Origin: Candidatus Poribacteria bacterium | Lineage (GTDB): Bacteria; Poribacteria; WGA-4E; WGA-3G | Reading direction: 5' to 3' | Assembly: GCA_965214095.1 (NCBI GenBank) | Contig: OZ243938.1 | Span: forward strand, 992,001 to 1,056,000 | DNA length: 64,000 nucleotides | Shown here: piece after piece, positions 27,124 through 36,724 of the stretch | Position numbering within the stretch: the first letter of the stretch is position 1 | Layout: every line of letters starts with the position of its first letter | Made by a program: the position numbers and the translations under genes | Notes under the pieces: model-generated | The model's input: only the letters and a program-made list of their open reading frames with translations | Told to the model about the DNA's origin: nothing | The model's database searches: none

Positions 27124-28464
27124 CTATGTATACCGTGTATTCTGATATTCGGGGGCATAGAAATTTGGCAGCAAACTATCAACTTGTAGCAAACCGCGTT
27201 GCGTCAGTTGTATTTCATCTGAATCAGCGTGAACGCGTAACATTCCATCGTTTTGCAGTTTTCGGTATGCATCTGAATATAATGTTAGTATATCAGCATC
27301 AAACTTTGATCTAAAATAAGAAGGTCGGATTTTTCCAAGTTTGAGTTGTAGAATCATTTCTCGTGTCAATTTTTCGTCGTCCGTCGGTTTTAGGGCGCGA
27401 TAGATGGGGAGTTTATCCTCCTCAAGACTGCTGAGATAATCACCCCATGATGGTGCATTTTGGAAGTGAATACCACTGAGATGTGAAAATGATGCGACAC
27501 CCGTGCCAATCATATCGCTTCCTTGCCACACTGCATCACGATAAACAAACTGACACGGCTTATCTTTCTTGAGCACTGTGTAGGCACTTGACTGCGCGTA
27601 ACCTACTTGTTCAAATTGTTCAAATGCGTATTGATGCCATTCCCGTTTCAATTTCCAATCTGCTACAGGTAATGCGTCACCACCCAGAATATCTTTGGAA
27701 TAGACGGTGTTAAACGGCAATTCAAGCTGATATACGGTAATGCTATCCGGATCAAGATCAATCGTCTTTTGCACGGTGTCACGCCAACTTTCCCACGTTT
27801 CTCCAATCATACCTGAAATGAGATCAATATTAACCTGATCAAATTGCAATTCCTTTATCCACGGGTCAATACGATATACCTCTTTTGAAAGATGAGCTCT
27901 ACCATTTTCAGCAAGAATCTCATCGTTCAGATTTTCAACACCGAGACTCAAGCGCGTTACACCGATTTCTTTGATGGCAACCAATTTCTTCTGTGTTAGA
28001 GTGCCGGGTTCACATTCGAATGCAACCTCTTTGGTAGCATCCCATGACATGACTTTCTTGATTCTATCAACTAAAGTAGTCAAATGTTTGACGCTAATGT
28101 ATGATGGCGTGCCTCCCCCAAAATATACAAACCGCAAAGGTCTATCTGCTATTGCCGGTTGCTTGCTATATAATTCCACCTCTTTCGCAAGAGCATTTAG
28201 ATAAGTGTCAATTTCTGAACTGTTTTTGTCTGTATAAACGCGAAAATAGCAGAATTTACAACGTTTACGACAGAATGGGATGTGTAGATAAAGTCCTAAT
28301 GTGGCATCGGGAAGTGGCTGTTCACCCAATGCTTGATGCACATCTGATACAGCATCGTCATTCCACGTAGAATAGGGAGGGTAGTTGGAAACAAAAACGC
28401 TTCCTACTGTTGTCTGTTTTGATTCTATACCTGCTGTTGCAGGTTCTGGTTTTGTTTTAGACAT
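27124..28464 (-). CDS. HemN-like radical SAM enzyme (coproporphyrinogen III oxidase family, probably not bona fide HemN)
   Basis: LYLHIPFCRKRCKFCYF (CxxxCxxC), YFGGGTPS, RLSLGV, NIDLI.G. Confidence 0.9.
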   Translation of the reverse strand: MSKTKPEPATAGIESKQTTVGSVFVSNYPPYSTWNDDAVSDVHQALGEQPLPDATLGLYLHIPFCRKRCKFCYFRVYTDKNSSEIDTYLNALAKEVELYSKQPAIADRPLRFVYFGGGTPSYISVKHLTTLVDRIKKVMSWDATKEVAFECEPGTLTQKKLVAIKEIGVTRLSLGVENLNDEILAENGRAHLSKEVYRIDPWIKELQFDQVNIDLISGMIGETWESWRDTVQKTIDLDPDSITVYQLELPFNTVYSKDILGGDALPVADWKLKREWHQYAFEQFEQVGYAQSSAYTVLKKDKPCQFVYRDAVWQGSDMIGTGVASFSHLSGIHFQNAPSWGDYLSSLEEDKLPIYRALKPTDDEKLTREMILQLKLGKIRPSYFRSKFDADILTLYSDAYRKLQNDGMLRVHADSDEIQLTQRGLLQVDSLLPNFYAPEYQNTRYT

Positions 28465-29657
28465 TATTTCTTTTCTCCAAAGCAGTAGAGGACTCCATCC
28501 TCTGTTCCAATATATATTCTACCATCAGCGACACTTGGTGACGAAACGATGGGTGATGCTGTATCAAACTCCCAGACCGAATCTCCAGTTGTAATATCTA
28601 AGGCAAGGAAAACCCCGCGAGTCGTGCCAAAAAAGACACGGTTACCTACAACAACGGCAGACGATTCAATCCGTGTTTTGGCAGTGTATGTCCATATCGG
28701 TTCACCTTTTTCAGGTGTGAGGGCATGCATCATCTTGTCGCGGCCACCGATGAGAACAATGTTATTCGTTACGGCAGCAGAGGCAAAAAATGGCAGTTGG
28801 CGCACAGGATGTTGATATCGCCATGCAATTTCTCCTGATGTCAAATCAACACCTAATATCTCGTTCCCATACGTTCCACAATATGCGTACGATTTTGGTC
28901 TGTTCTGTGATTCCGCGTTTGTTCTTAATATCGCGGGACTTGCTCCGACATAGGCTCCTAAGTTGACTTCTTGTTTCTGTGTGCCATCAGTGATATTAAT
29001 GACTCGCAAATAACTATCACACCCCGTGACAATCACAAAGTTTTCGTATATTGCGGGTGTCCCGTGTACATATCCTTCAGTTTCATACTTCCATGCCAAT
29101 TCACCATTTTTTATGTTTAGACAATAAAGAAACCCATCATACGAACCGAATAACACGCGGTCTCCAAAAAAATTTGCGGATGATATAATTTCACCTTCAG
29201 TGGTATACTGCCATCTCTTTTTTCGTGTCGCAATATCCACAGCATGGAATATTCCACCTCCATCCCCAAAGTAGATAACACCTTCTTTGATAGATGGAGC
29301 GGATTTAATTGAATCCGTTGCTTCATACTTCCATGTGCTTTTCCCAGTTTGTGTGTCAATCGCATAGAGTATTCCATCTAATGCACCGATATAGACCGTG
29401 TCATCTACGACTGCAGCAGTAGATTCTATCATATCTCCCGCTTGAAATGCCCACAGCAAATCAAGTTTTTCTGGCAGTTGTGTTTCAGCAACACCAGTCA
29501 GTTGTGGATTTCCTCTGAAACTTCTCCAATCAGCATTAGCAGGATGAACACCTAAAAACAGGAGAATAAAAACAGGTAAATAGCATCTTAATATTAAGTG
29601 ATAACCACCCCTTGTTAAACATCGCTTAAAGGTGAATTTGTCAATAAACTTTCTCAT
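28464..29657 (-). CDS. PQQ-like (BamB/AfsK-type) beta-propeller protein
   Basis: W.SFRGN..LTG; repeated I.SSP.V....VY.G..DG.LY......G...W units. True start may be slightly downstream. Confidence 0.85.
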   Translation of the reverse strand: MRKFIDKFTFKRCLTRGGYHLILRCYLPVFILLFLGVHPANADWRSFRGNPQLTGVAETQLPEKLDLLWAFQAGDMIESTAAVVDDTVYIGALDGILYAIDTQTGKSTWKYEATDSIKSAPSIKEGVIYFGDGGGIFHAVDIATRKKRWQYTTEGEIISSANFFGDRVLFGSYDGFLYCLNIKNGELAWKYETEGYVHGTPAIYENFVIVTGCDSYLRVINITDGTQKQEVNLGAYVGASPAILRTNAESQNRPKSYAYCGTYGNEILGVDLTSGEIAWRYQHPVRQLPFFASAAVTNNIVLIGGRDKMMHALTPEKGEPIWTYTAKTRIESSAVVVGNRVFFGTTRGVFLALDITTGDSVWEFDTASPIVSSPSVADGRIYIGTEDGVLYCFGEKK

Positions 29658-30759
29658 AGAGCCTCATAAAATCGTGTACATGCATAGAACGTGGATTAAA
29701 TTGTGCGGTCCACTGTGTTGCGGCATCTTTAACTAATGTAGCGATGTCGGTTGACTTGACAGGATCTTTAGTACAATCTTGTAGAGTGTACGGTAAATCC
29801 CCAATTTTCATTAACATCTCAATTCTATCTGCTAAATGTCCCACTGGGTAAAGTTCATCATAGAATTTGCCAACTATTGTGTTGTTGAAACGGATGACGT
29901 GTGGTAACATAAGAGCCACTGCAACACCGTGTGTGATACCGTATCTGGCAGTCAGTGGATTTGCACATGCATGTGCTGCTCCCAACATGGAATTTTCTAT
30001 GGCAAGTCCCGCAAGATATGCACCAAATAACATCTTTCCGCGTGATTTAAGGTTATTTTCCTCAAGTGCCAATTCAAAGTTAGCGTTTAACAGTTTCCAA
30101 GCCTGAAATGAAAACATCTGTGATAGAGGATTACGTCTGGTCGATACATGACTCTCGATTGCATGTGCAATTGCATCAATTCCTGTGATTGATGCTTGTA
30201 TCCTCGGTAACGTTTTTGTCAATGATGGGTCTAGAATCACAGTGCGGAATTGTGCTTTTTTATCTCCACATGCCATTTTGACATGGGTTTCTTCGTGTGC
30301 AATCAGTGCATAAGATTGTGCCTCACTTCCTGTGCCAATGGTTGTAGGGATTCCGATAGAAGGCAGCATCGGTTTTGATGCCTTATTTGTTCCCCAGTAA
30401 TCCTCTATTTTCCTACCATTCGTCAACAAGAAATTCACGCCCTTCGCACAATCCATCGCGCTCCCACCACCGAGACCGATAATTATGTCAATCGGGGTGT
30501 TGGCTTTCGCAAATTTAACGGCTTCTTCAACATGTTTTGTCGTTGGATTCGGTTCAACATCGGAGAAAACATAGCATGGAATCTTCTCATTATTTAGAAC
30601 TGAATACGCCCGATTCAGAATACCTGCATCTTGAATACCAGGGTCTGTCACAAGCAATACTCGACTACCACCAAGAACTATCGTAGATTCGGCAAGTTTA
30701 TCAATACTGTTTTCACCAAAGATGACGCGTTGTGCCAAATCAGAATCAAATGCTTCCAT
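29641..30759 (-). CDS. Iron-containing alcohol dehydrogenase family protein
   Basis: VEPNPT, GLGGGSAMDCAK, IPTT.GTGSE, DA.AHA.E, GAAHA..., HG.A. Confidence 0.92.
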   Translation of the reverse strand: MEAFDSDLAQRVIFGENSIDKLAESTIVLGGSRVLLVTDPGIQDAGILNRAYSVLNNEKIPCYVFSDVEPNPTTKHVEEAVKFAKANTPIDIIIGLGGGSAMDCAKGVNFLLTNGRKIEDYWGTNKASKPMLPSIGIPTTIGTGSEAQSYALIAHEETHVKMACGDKKAQFRTVILDPSLTKTLPRIQASITGIDAIAHAIESHVSTRRNPLSQMFSFQAWKLLNANFELALEENNLKSRGKMLFGAYLAGLAIENSMLGAAHACANPLTARYGITHGVAVALMLPHVIRFNNTIVGKFYDELYPVGHLADRIEMLMKIGDLPYTLQDCTKDPVKSTDIATLVKDAATQWTAQFNPRSMHVHDFMRLYEKVY

Positions 30760-30898
30760 TATAGAAATCTACACTTAACAAATGTACCTCAGACTTGGTA
30801 AAGACAAAGTTTCAATAAGGTATTATACCAAATTATGTATTACTTTTCAAGGAAACTCTTTTCTTAGAGTGTGCCAAAAGCTTTACACACTCCCTAAG

Positions 30899-31144
30899 CA
30901 GGATTATTTGGTTTTAAGAATATTCCAAAATAGAGATTTACTGAAAGTTAACACCCAAGGCGGTAGGTGCGGTTTCCTAACCGCATCGGAACCTGTAAGA
31001 AGACTTATTATGAAAGGTGTCTGGCACAAATTCGCCAGAATACGCGTGTGGTATTCTGCATTGGTTAGGAAACCGCACCTACCGCCTTGAGGTATTTAGC
31101 GTATGTGAAAAAGACACAAGAAAAACCTAAAACTAAATATCCCT
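30899..31144. mobile_element. MITE-like shell (family A) containing a REPIN (30961-31084)
   Basis: CAGGATTATTTGGTTTT ... AAAACTAAATATCCCT ends; CGGTAGGTGCGGTTTCCTAACC inverted pair inside. Confidence 0.65.
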
Positions 31145-31223
31145 ATCCTAATCATTTGACTTGTAATTTCCAATATGGTGTGATATTATCTGAAAACATA
31201 CATTTGTAAGATGAGGAATCCTT

Positions 31224-32237
31224 ATGCAAGACAAACCGAATTATTTTGTTCATCTATGTGTCAGTTCAATACTGTTTATCTTGATTATTTTTTCAGGATG
31301 CGGTGATAAACAGGATAAGGAATGGTATACTATATATGGTGGCGTGATTGGGGGAAGTTTTTCTCAGTTTGCCGGTGGCATTAAACAGATTGCCCAGCAC
31401 AATGTACCTGATATAAAGCTCTCTGTTGTAGCATCCGCAGGTTCAGTCGAAAATACACGTCGTGTTAATGAAGAAGAGAATGCACTCGGGGTAGTATTTG
31501 CATCTGAAAGTTCGCTTGGGTATAATGGTGAAGAAGCATTTGCAGAAGTGGGACCAAGAAATAATATCCGCATGGTTACGCTTTTATATTATGCTTATGG
31601 ACAATTTTCAACACTCGAAAACAGCAATGTGCATGTGTTTGATGATATTGTAGGGACTAAGGTTGCTTGTGGTGCCCCTGGTTCTGGTACTGCTAAAACT
31701 ATGGAACGGCTTGCAAAGGCAGCAGGAATTTGGAAAGAAATCACACCGAGTTATAGAGGTGGTACTGCTGGAGCACAAGCATTACAGGATGGTCAGGTTC
31801 AAGGTTTTCTATGGTTAGTCAGTGTTCCAAATCATGCAATAATTGAATTGACAGCAATTAAATCTATTCGCATGATAGACCTTGATACCCCTGCAAAGAA
31901 GCACGGCTTTTATGACAAATATCCGTACTATTTTCCTTCCAAATTGCCAGAAGGTATGTATGAAGGTAAAGTTGAACCCGTGAGAACAATTACCATGCCA
32001 ACAGTCCTGATTGCGAATAAATCAATTCCAGAAGAAACCATTTATGCTATACTGAAACATGTTTATTCATCAGAAGGGGAAAAAACCATGCTTCAAACAA
32101 ATCAAGCTGCTTCAGTAATGACTATAGAAAACGCATCAAAAGCATTTGTTATTCCTCTGCACAAAGGAGCGTATAAGTTTTGGGACGAGAAAGAGGTAGA
32201 AATCCCAGAACGTGCTATGCCAGTGGATTTAAATTGA
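31224..32237 (+). CDS. TAXI-family TRAP solute-binding lipoprotein
   Basis: Lipobox FSGC; SAGSVEN, GAPGSGT, IPLHKGAYKFW.E. Confidence 0.88.
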   Translation: MQDKPNYFVHLCVSSILFILIIFSGCGDKQDKEWYTIYGGVIGGSFSQFAGGIKQIAQHNVPDIKLSVVASAGSVENTRRVNEEENALGVVFASESSLGYNGEEAFAEVGPRNNIRMVTLLYYAYGQFSTLENSNVHVFDDIVGTKVACGAPGSGTAKTMERLAKAAGIWKEITPSYRGGTAGAQALQDGQVQGFLWLVSVPNHAIIELTAIKSIRMIDLDTPAKKHGFYDKYPYYFPSKLPEGMYEGKVEPVRTITMPTVLIANKSIPEETIYAILKHVYSSEGEKTMLQTNQAASVMTIENASKAFVIPLHKGAYKFWDEKEVEIPERAMPVDLN

Positions 32238-32291
32238 TTTGATTCTTAATGTATTGCAGAGATTATGAAATTATGATACAATAGTATTGAA

Positions 32292-32380
32292 ATGACATTA
32301 TGGGGTGCTCTTATATGTATAGGAGCTGAGAAAACACCCATTGAACCTGATCTGGGTCATGCCAGCGTAGGGAAATACAA
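32292..32380 (+). promoter_or_regulatory. TPP (thi-box) riboswitch
   Basis: GGGGTGC...GCTGAGA..ACACCC..TGAACCTGATCTGGGTCATGCCAGCGTAGGGAA consensus, upstream of thiamine genes. Confidence 0.95.
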
Positions 32381-32508
32381 AATGAATTGTGCCTCAACCT
32401 TTGAGGAACTGAGCCGCTTCTTTTTGGTACTGTTAAGGCAGTTAATATAACTACCGGCATGTTCTATACCGAAAACGGAAGACGGCTTTTTGCTGTTAAA
32501 AAAATTAG

Positions 32509-33279
32509 ATGCGTTCTTTCAGTAATTATGTGTTACCAGTACTGATATTGTTGGCTGTGTTGGGAACTTGGGAAGTGTATGTGTATATTAAAGAGATACC
32601 ACACTTTATTCTTCCGCCACCATCAAAAATAGTAGTAACCCTATTTGAAGAACACGATCGATTATTGAAGCATTCTTGGGTGACATTACAAGAAATGTTG
32701 CTCGGATTTGCACTTGCGGTTAGTGTAGGTGTGCCGTTAGCAGTGTTGATGTTTGAATTTCCGATTTTGGAGAAAGCATTTTATCCTTATGTGATTGGTT
32801 CCCAAACGGTTCCTGTGTTTGCGATTGCCCCATTGTTAGTGGTTTGGTTTGGGTTTGGGATTGCCTCAAAAGTTATGATGGCAGCAATTATTGTGTTTTT
32901 TTCTATTGTCCTAACTACATTAGATGGTTTGAAATCTACCGATCCGGATACGGTGGACCTCTTTAAGATACTACGTGCGTCACGATGGCAGATACTTTGG
33001 AAAGTGCGTATACCTACTGCACTACCGTTCATCTTTTCTGGCGCGAAAATTGGTATCTCAATATCCACAATTGGTGCTGTGATTGGTGAATGGGTAGGGG
33101 CAAGTGCAGGACTTGGTTATTTGATGTTATATGCAAATTCAACACTTGAAGTAGATCTTGTTTTTGCTGCAATTTTCAGTCTAACATTCTTGGGATTAGG
33201 TTTATTTGCAATTATGTCTTTATTGGAATTTTGGGCAATGCCGTGGCGGAAACATCAGAAAAATATTCAAACTAACTGA
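32509..33279 (+). CDS. thiX: ABC transporter permease (HMP/thiamine precursor, ThiX-like)
   Basis: ILPPPS, PVFAIAPLL.VWFGFG, ALPFIFSG.K, GAVIGEW.G...GLG; under the TPP riboswitch. Confidence 0.8.
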   Translation: MRSFSNYVLPVLILLAVLGTWEVYVYIKEIPHFILPPPSKIVVTLFEEHDRLLKHSWVTLQEMLLGFALAVSVGVPLAVLMFEFPILEKAFYPYVIGSQTVPVFAIAPLLVVWFGFGIASKVMMAAIIVFFSIVLTTLDGLKSTDPDTVDLFKILRASRWQILWKVRIPTALPFIFSGAKIGISISTIGAVIGEWVGASAGLGYLMLYANSTLEVDLVFAAIFSLTFLGLGLFAIMSLLEFWAMPWRKHQKNIQTN

Positions 33280-33323
33280 GAAATGTAGATTATTGATAAT
33301 TATTTATACGAAAGGAAATTCTT

Positions 33324-34331
33324 ATGAAAATGTTAATACGATTAGTCTTATTCATCACATGTGGCATATTGGTAACTGGACATATCAACGGACATTCAGA
33401 TGGACATCTAAAAACAGAAACCGAGAATGTTACGTTACTGCTGGATTGGTTTCCAAATATTGACCATGTGCCGCTTTATGTTGCGAAAGAAAGCAAAATA
33501 TTTGAAAAACACGGTTTATCCGTAGATTTACAATGGGGTGGCGACCCTGATGCCCCGTTGAAACTTGTCGCAGCTGGAAAAGCACCTTTTGCTGTGAATT
33601 ACCAACACAGTGTTACTATAGCGCGTGCAAGTGAAGAGGTACTACCTGTCAAATCAATTGGGTTACTTGTTGAACATCCGCTGAACACAATCACATATCT
33701 GAAGAAATCTGGTATTAAGACTCCATCAGATTTCAAAGGTAAGACGATTGGATATACAGTAGCCCCATTAGATGTGCTTCTGTTTAATGCTATCGGTGCG
33801 AATGCAGGTTTATCAAAAGACGATTACAAACTAATTAATATTGGAACGAACATAATCGCTCCCCTAATAAGCGGACAGATTGATGCTGTAATCGGACCAT
33901 TTCGGAACTATGAAATAAACATGCTGAAACTTAAGGGAGCAGAGGCGGCATTTTTCGCACTTGAGAAACACGGTATACCCCATTATTATGAATTGGTAAT
34001 TATTACCAATGATGATTATTTGGAAAATCATCAGAAAACCGCTGAATCTTTGATGATGGCGATTAGAGAAGCCATAAAATATACGAAGAAGAATCCTGAA
34101 TCTGCATTGGAATTCTTTTTTAAGGCAAATCCCGATGCAAATAAAGAATTAGAAACACTTGCTTTTAAGGACACAGTGGACTTATTTGCAACAACTCAGA
34201 TTCAGGAAAAAGAGAAATGGGATGCATTTTCAAAATTCGCGTTTGATAATGGATTAGTCAAAAAAATTGTTAAAGCAGAAGATCTATTTATTAATCTATT
34301 AGAAGAAGAAACGGAATCATCGGAAGATTAA
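33324..34331 (+). CDS. thiY: ABC substrate-binding protein, NMT1/THI5 family (ThiY-like)
   Basis: LLDWFPNIDH.PLYVA, FRNYE, GIP.YYELV. Confidence 0.85.
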   Translation: MKMLIRLVLFITCGILVTGHINGHSDGHLKTETENVTLLLDWFPNIDHVPLYVAKESKIFEKHGLSVDLQWGGDPDAPLKLVAAGKAPFAVNYQHSVTIARASEEVLPVKSIGLLVEHPLNTITYLKKSGIKTPSDFKGKTIGYTVAPLDVLLFNAIGANAGLSKDDYKLINIGTNIIAPLISGQIDAVIGPFRNYEINMLKLKGAEAAFFALEKHGIPHYYELVIITNDDYLENHQKTAESLMMAIREAIKYTKKNPESALEFFFKANPDANKELETLAFKDTVDLFATTQIQEKEKWDAFSKFAFDNGLVKKIVKAEDLFINLLEEETESSED

Positions 34332-35479
34332 TGTCAAACGAGAGCATTGTTATCATCGGGGGAGGCGTTATAGGTCTCGGTATTGGATGGCAGCTTGCGA
34401 AGTCTGGTGCTGCGGTCACCATATATGATCGTGGTGAAGCCGGACGCGCTGCATCATGGGCAGCAGCAGGTATGCTTGCCCCTTATGCTGAAGTTCATAC
34501 TGAAGAACCAGAACTGCTTCAATTAGGTATAGAGAGTTTATCACTTTATCCAAAATGGGTTGATGAATTAGAGGCAGATTCCCACATGTCAATCGGTTAT
34601 CGTGTGGAAGGTACTCTCATTGTGGGATTAGATCCTGATGATACACACCAACTCCGACATTTATACGATGCACAACAGCAATTTGGACTGGATGTAAAAT
34701 GGTTGAATGGGAGAGATGCATGTGAAATAGAACCTGCACTATCTCCACGGGTTAGTTCTGCAATCCACTGTGAAACTGACCATCAGGTGGATAATAGATT
34801 GATGATTTGTGCACTCAAGCATGCTTTTCAAAAGTATGGTGGGAAGTTGCATGAAAATAGAACCGTCAATAAGATAGTTGTAGAAAATGGGAGAGTGACT
34901 GCCGTACAAACTGATGAAGGTATCAAACAGTGTGATATTGTTATTCTTGCAGCGGGTTGTTGGTCTAGGCAGATAGATGGAATTCCTGACGATCTGCTTC
35001 CACCAGTCCGTCCGGTGAAAGGCCAGATGTTAGCATTAGAGATGGATGAAGGAATAGAGATCAGTACGGTCATTCGCACCGTCCGAGCAAGGTATCCAAC
35101 TAATGTTTATCTTGTTCCGCGATCTGATGGGAGACTCATCGTTGGTGCGACAACTGAAGAGATGGGATATGATGAGCGATTAACTGTTGGAGGTATGTTC
35201 GAATTGCTTCGGGGTGCATGGGAAGTTGTTCCGGGAATTTACGAGTTACCAATTCTGGAATCATGGACAGGTTTACGTCCCGGGAGTAGGGACAACGCCC
35301 CGATACTTGGTAAAACACCAATTGATAATCTAATTTATGCAACTGGACATTATCGCAACGGTATTTTGTTAACACCCGTTACCGTTTATGAAATTAGTAA
35401 ACTTATATTGACGGGTGAGACATCCGCCACAATTTCCCCTTTTCAGTTATCAAGGTTTTTGACATCAGAGGAGTCGTGA
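34331..35479 (+). CDS. thiO: Glycine oxidase ThiO
   Basis: IIGGGVIG, ASWAAAGMLAP, VRPVKGQ, WTGLRP, GHYRNGILL.P. Confidence 0.95.
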   Translation: MSNESIVIIGGGVIGLGIGWQLAKSGAAVTIYDRGEAGRAASWAAAGMLAPYAEVHTEEPELLQLGIESLSLYPKWVDELEADSHMSIGYRVEGTLIVGLDPDDTHQLRHLYDAQQQFGLDVKWLNGRDACEIEPALSPRVSSAIHCETDHQVDNRLMICALKHAFQKYGGKLHENRTVNKIVVENGRVTAVQTDEGIKQCDIVILAAGCWSRQIDGIPDDLLPPVRPVKGQMLALEMDEGIEISTVIRTVRARYPTNVYLVPRSDGRLIVGATTEEMGYDERLTVGGMFELLRGAWEVVPGIYELPILESWTGLRPGSRDNAPILGKTPIDNLIYATGHYRNGILLTPVTVYEISKLILTGETSATISPFQLSRFLTSEES

Positions 35480-35482
35480 AAA

Positions 35483-35689
35483 ATGCATATACGTATTAAT
35501 GGAAAAGACAGAGAAATACGTGAAATAATGAATGTATGGGATCTGTTGAATTCCTTAGAGATAGATCCGCATCAATCTGGAATTGCAGTTGCTGTGGAGA
35601 AAGAGGTAATTCCGAAATCGAAGTGGAAGGCGTATGAAGTAACGGAAGACAGTGAAATAGAGATTATTCGTGCTGTTCAGGGTGGATGA
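35483..35689 (+). CDS. thiS: Sulfur carrier protein ThiS
   Basis: 68 aa, I.ING, IAVAV, C-terminal IEIIRAVQGG. Confidence 0.95.
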   Translation: MHIRINGKDREIREIMNVWDLLNSLEIDPHQSGIAVAVEKEVIPKSKWKAYEVTEDSEIEIIRAVQGG

Positions 35690-35884
35690 TTTGGGGTTAG
35701 AATTTGAGGACGGATTCAAGGATATCTTGAAAAAGAATATATGCGGTGTTATACTAATTGAAAACCATTGCCTTATACTATTGATCTGTCTATTTACGAT
35801 AATCTCAACAATCAAGATATAATCAATCAAATTGATCTTGAAGGTGTAACGTTTTACAAAAGATAAATCGGATTTGAAAAAATA

Positions 35885-36655
35885 ATGGAAAAACTTAAAA
35901 TAGCAGAAAACACATATACATCAAGGTTACTGATTGGAACGGCAGGATATCCAAATTTCCATATCATGACGAAAGCAATTGCAGCGAGTGGTGCTGAAAT
36001 TGCGACTGTTTCAATGCGGCGTGTAAAATTTACTGATACGTCTGAGGAAAATCTGTTTACGCTCCTACGCGAACGCAATATTACTATCCTGCCGAATACT
36101 GCGGGTTGTTTTACGGCAAAGGATGCTATTTTGACTGCACAACTTGCGCGTGAAGCACTTGAAACATCGTTGATTAAACTTGAGGTAATTGGCGATGAAC
36201 AGACTTTGTTTCCGGATGTTGAACAGTTGTTAATTGCTGCGGAGACACTCATTGAAGATGGGTTCACTGTGTTGCCCTATTGTAATGACGATCCGATAAC
36301 CTGTAAAAAGTTGCAAGATGTAGGATGTGCTGCTGTGATGCCGTTAGGTGCACCGATTGGTTCTGGTATGGGAATTCGGAATCCATATAACTTGCAGATT
36401 ATCCGAGATAGTGTTCAAGTGCCGCTTATTGTTGATGCTGGTGTTGGTACTGCATCCGATGCTGCGATTGCGATGGAATTAGGTTGCGATGGTGTTCTAC
36501 TCAATACTGCTGTTGCAAAAGCACATCGTCCGGTGATGATGGCAGAAGCGATGAAAAAAGCCGTTGAGGCAGGTAGATCTGCTTTCTTAGCAGGTCGTAT
36601 TCCTAAGAAACTCTATGCTACTGCATCAAGTCCTATAGATGGGATTATTGAGTAA
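35885..36655 (+). CDS. thiG: Thiazole synthase ThiG
   Basis: [44 protein letters not shown]. Confidence 0.97.
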   Translation: MEKLKIAENTYTSRLLIGTAGYPNFHIMTKAIAASGAEIATVSMRRVKFTDTSEENLFTLLRERNITILPNTAGCFTAKDAILTAQLAREALETSLIKLEVIGDEQTLFPDVEQLLIAAETLIEDGFTVLPYCNDDPITCKKLQDVGCAAVMPLGAPIGSGMGIRNPYNLQIIRDSVQVPLIVDAGVGTASDAAIAMELGCDGVLLNTAVAKAHRPVMMAEAMKKAVEAGRSAFLAGRIPKKLYATASSPIDGIIE

Positions 36656-36724
36656 TGTAAATCACTATGTATTCTAAATATCAATCAATATTTGTGTGAG
36701 TAATTTTGGGGAAATGTGTGTAAT

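Noticed and set aside
27124-28464. Assigning the symbol hemN
   Set aside because: No heme-pathway context; the family is functionally diverse, so no symbol is given
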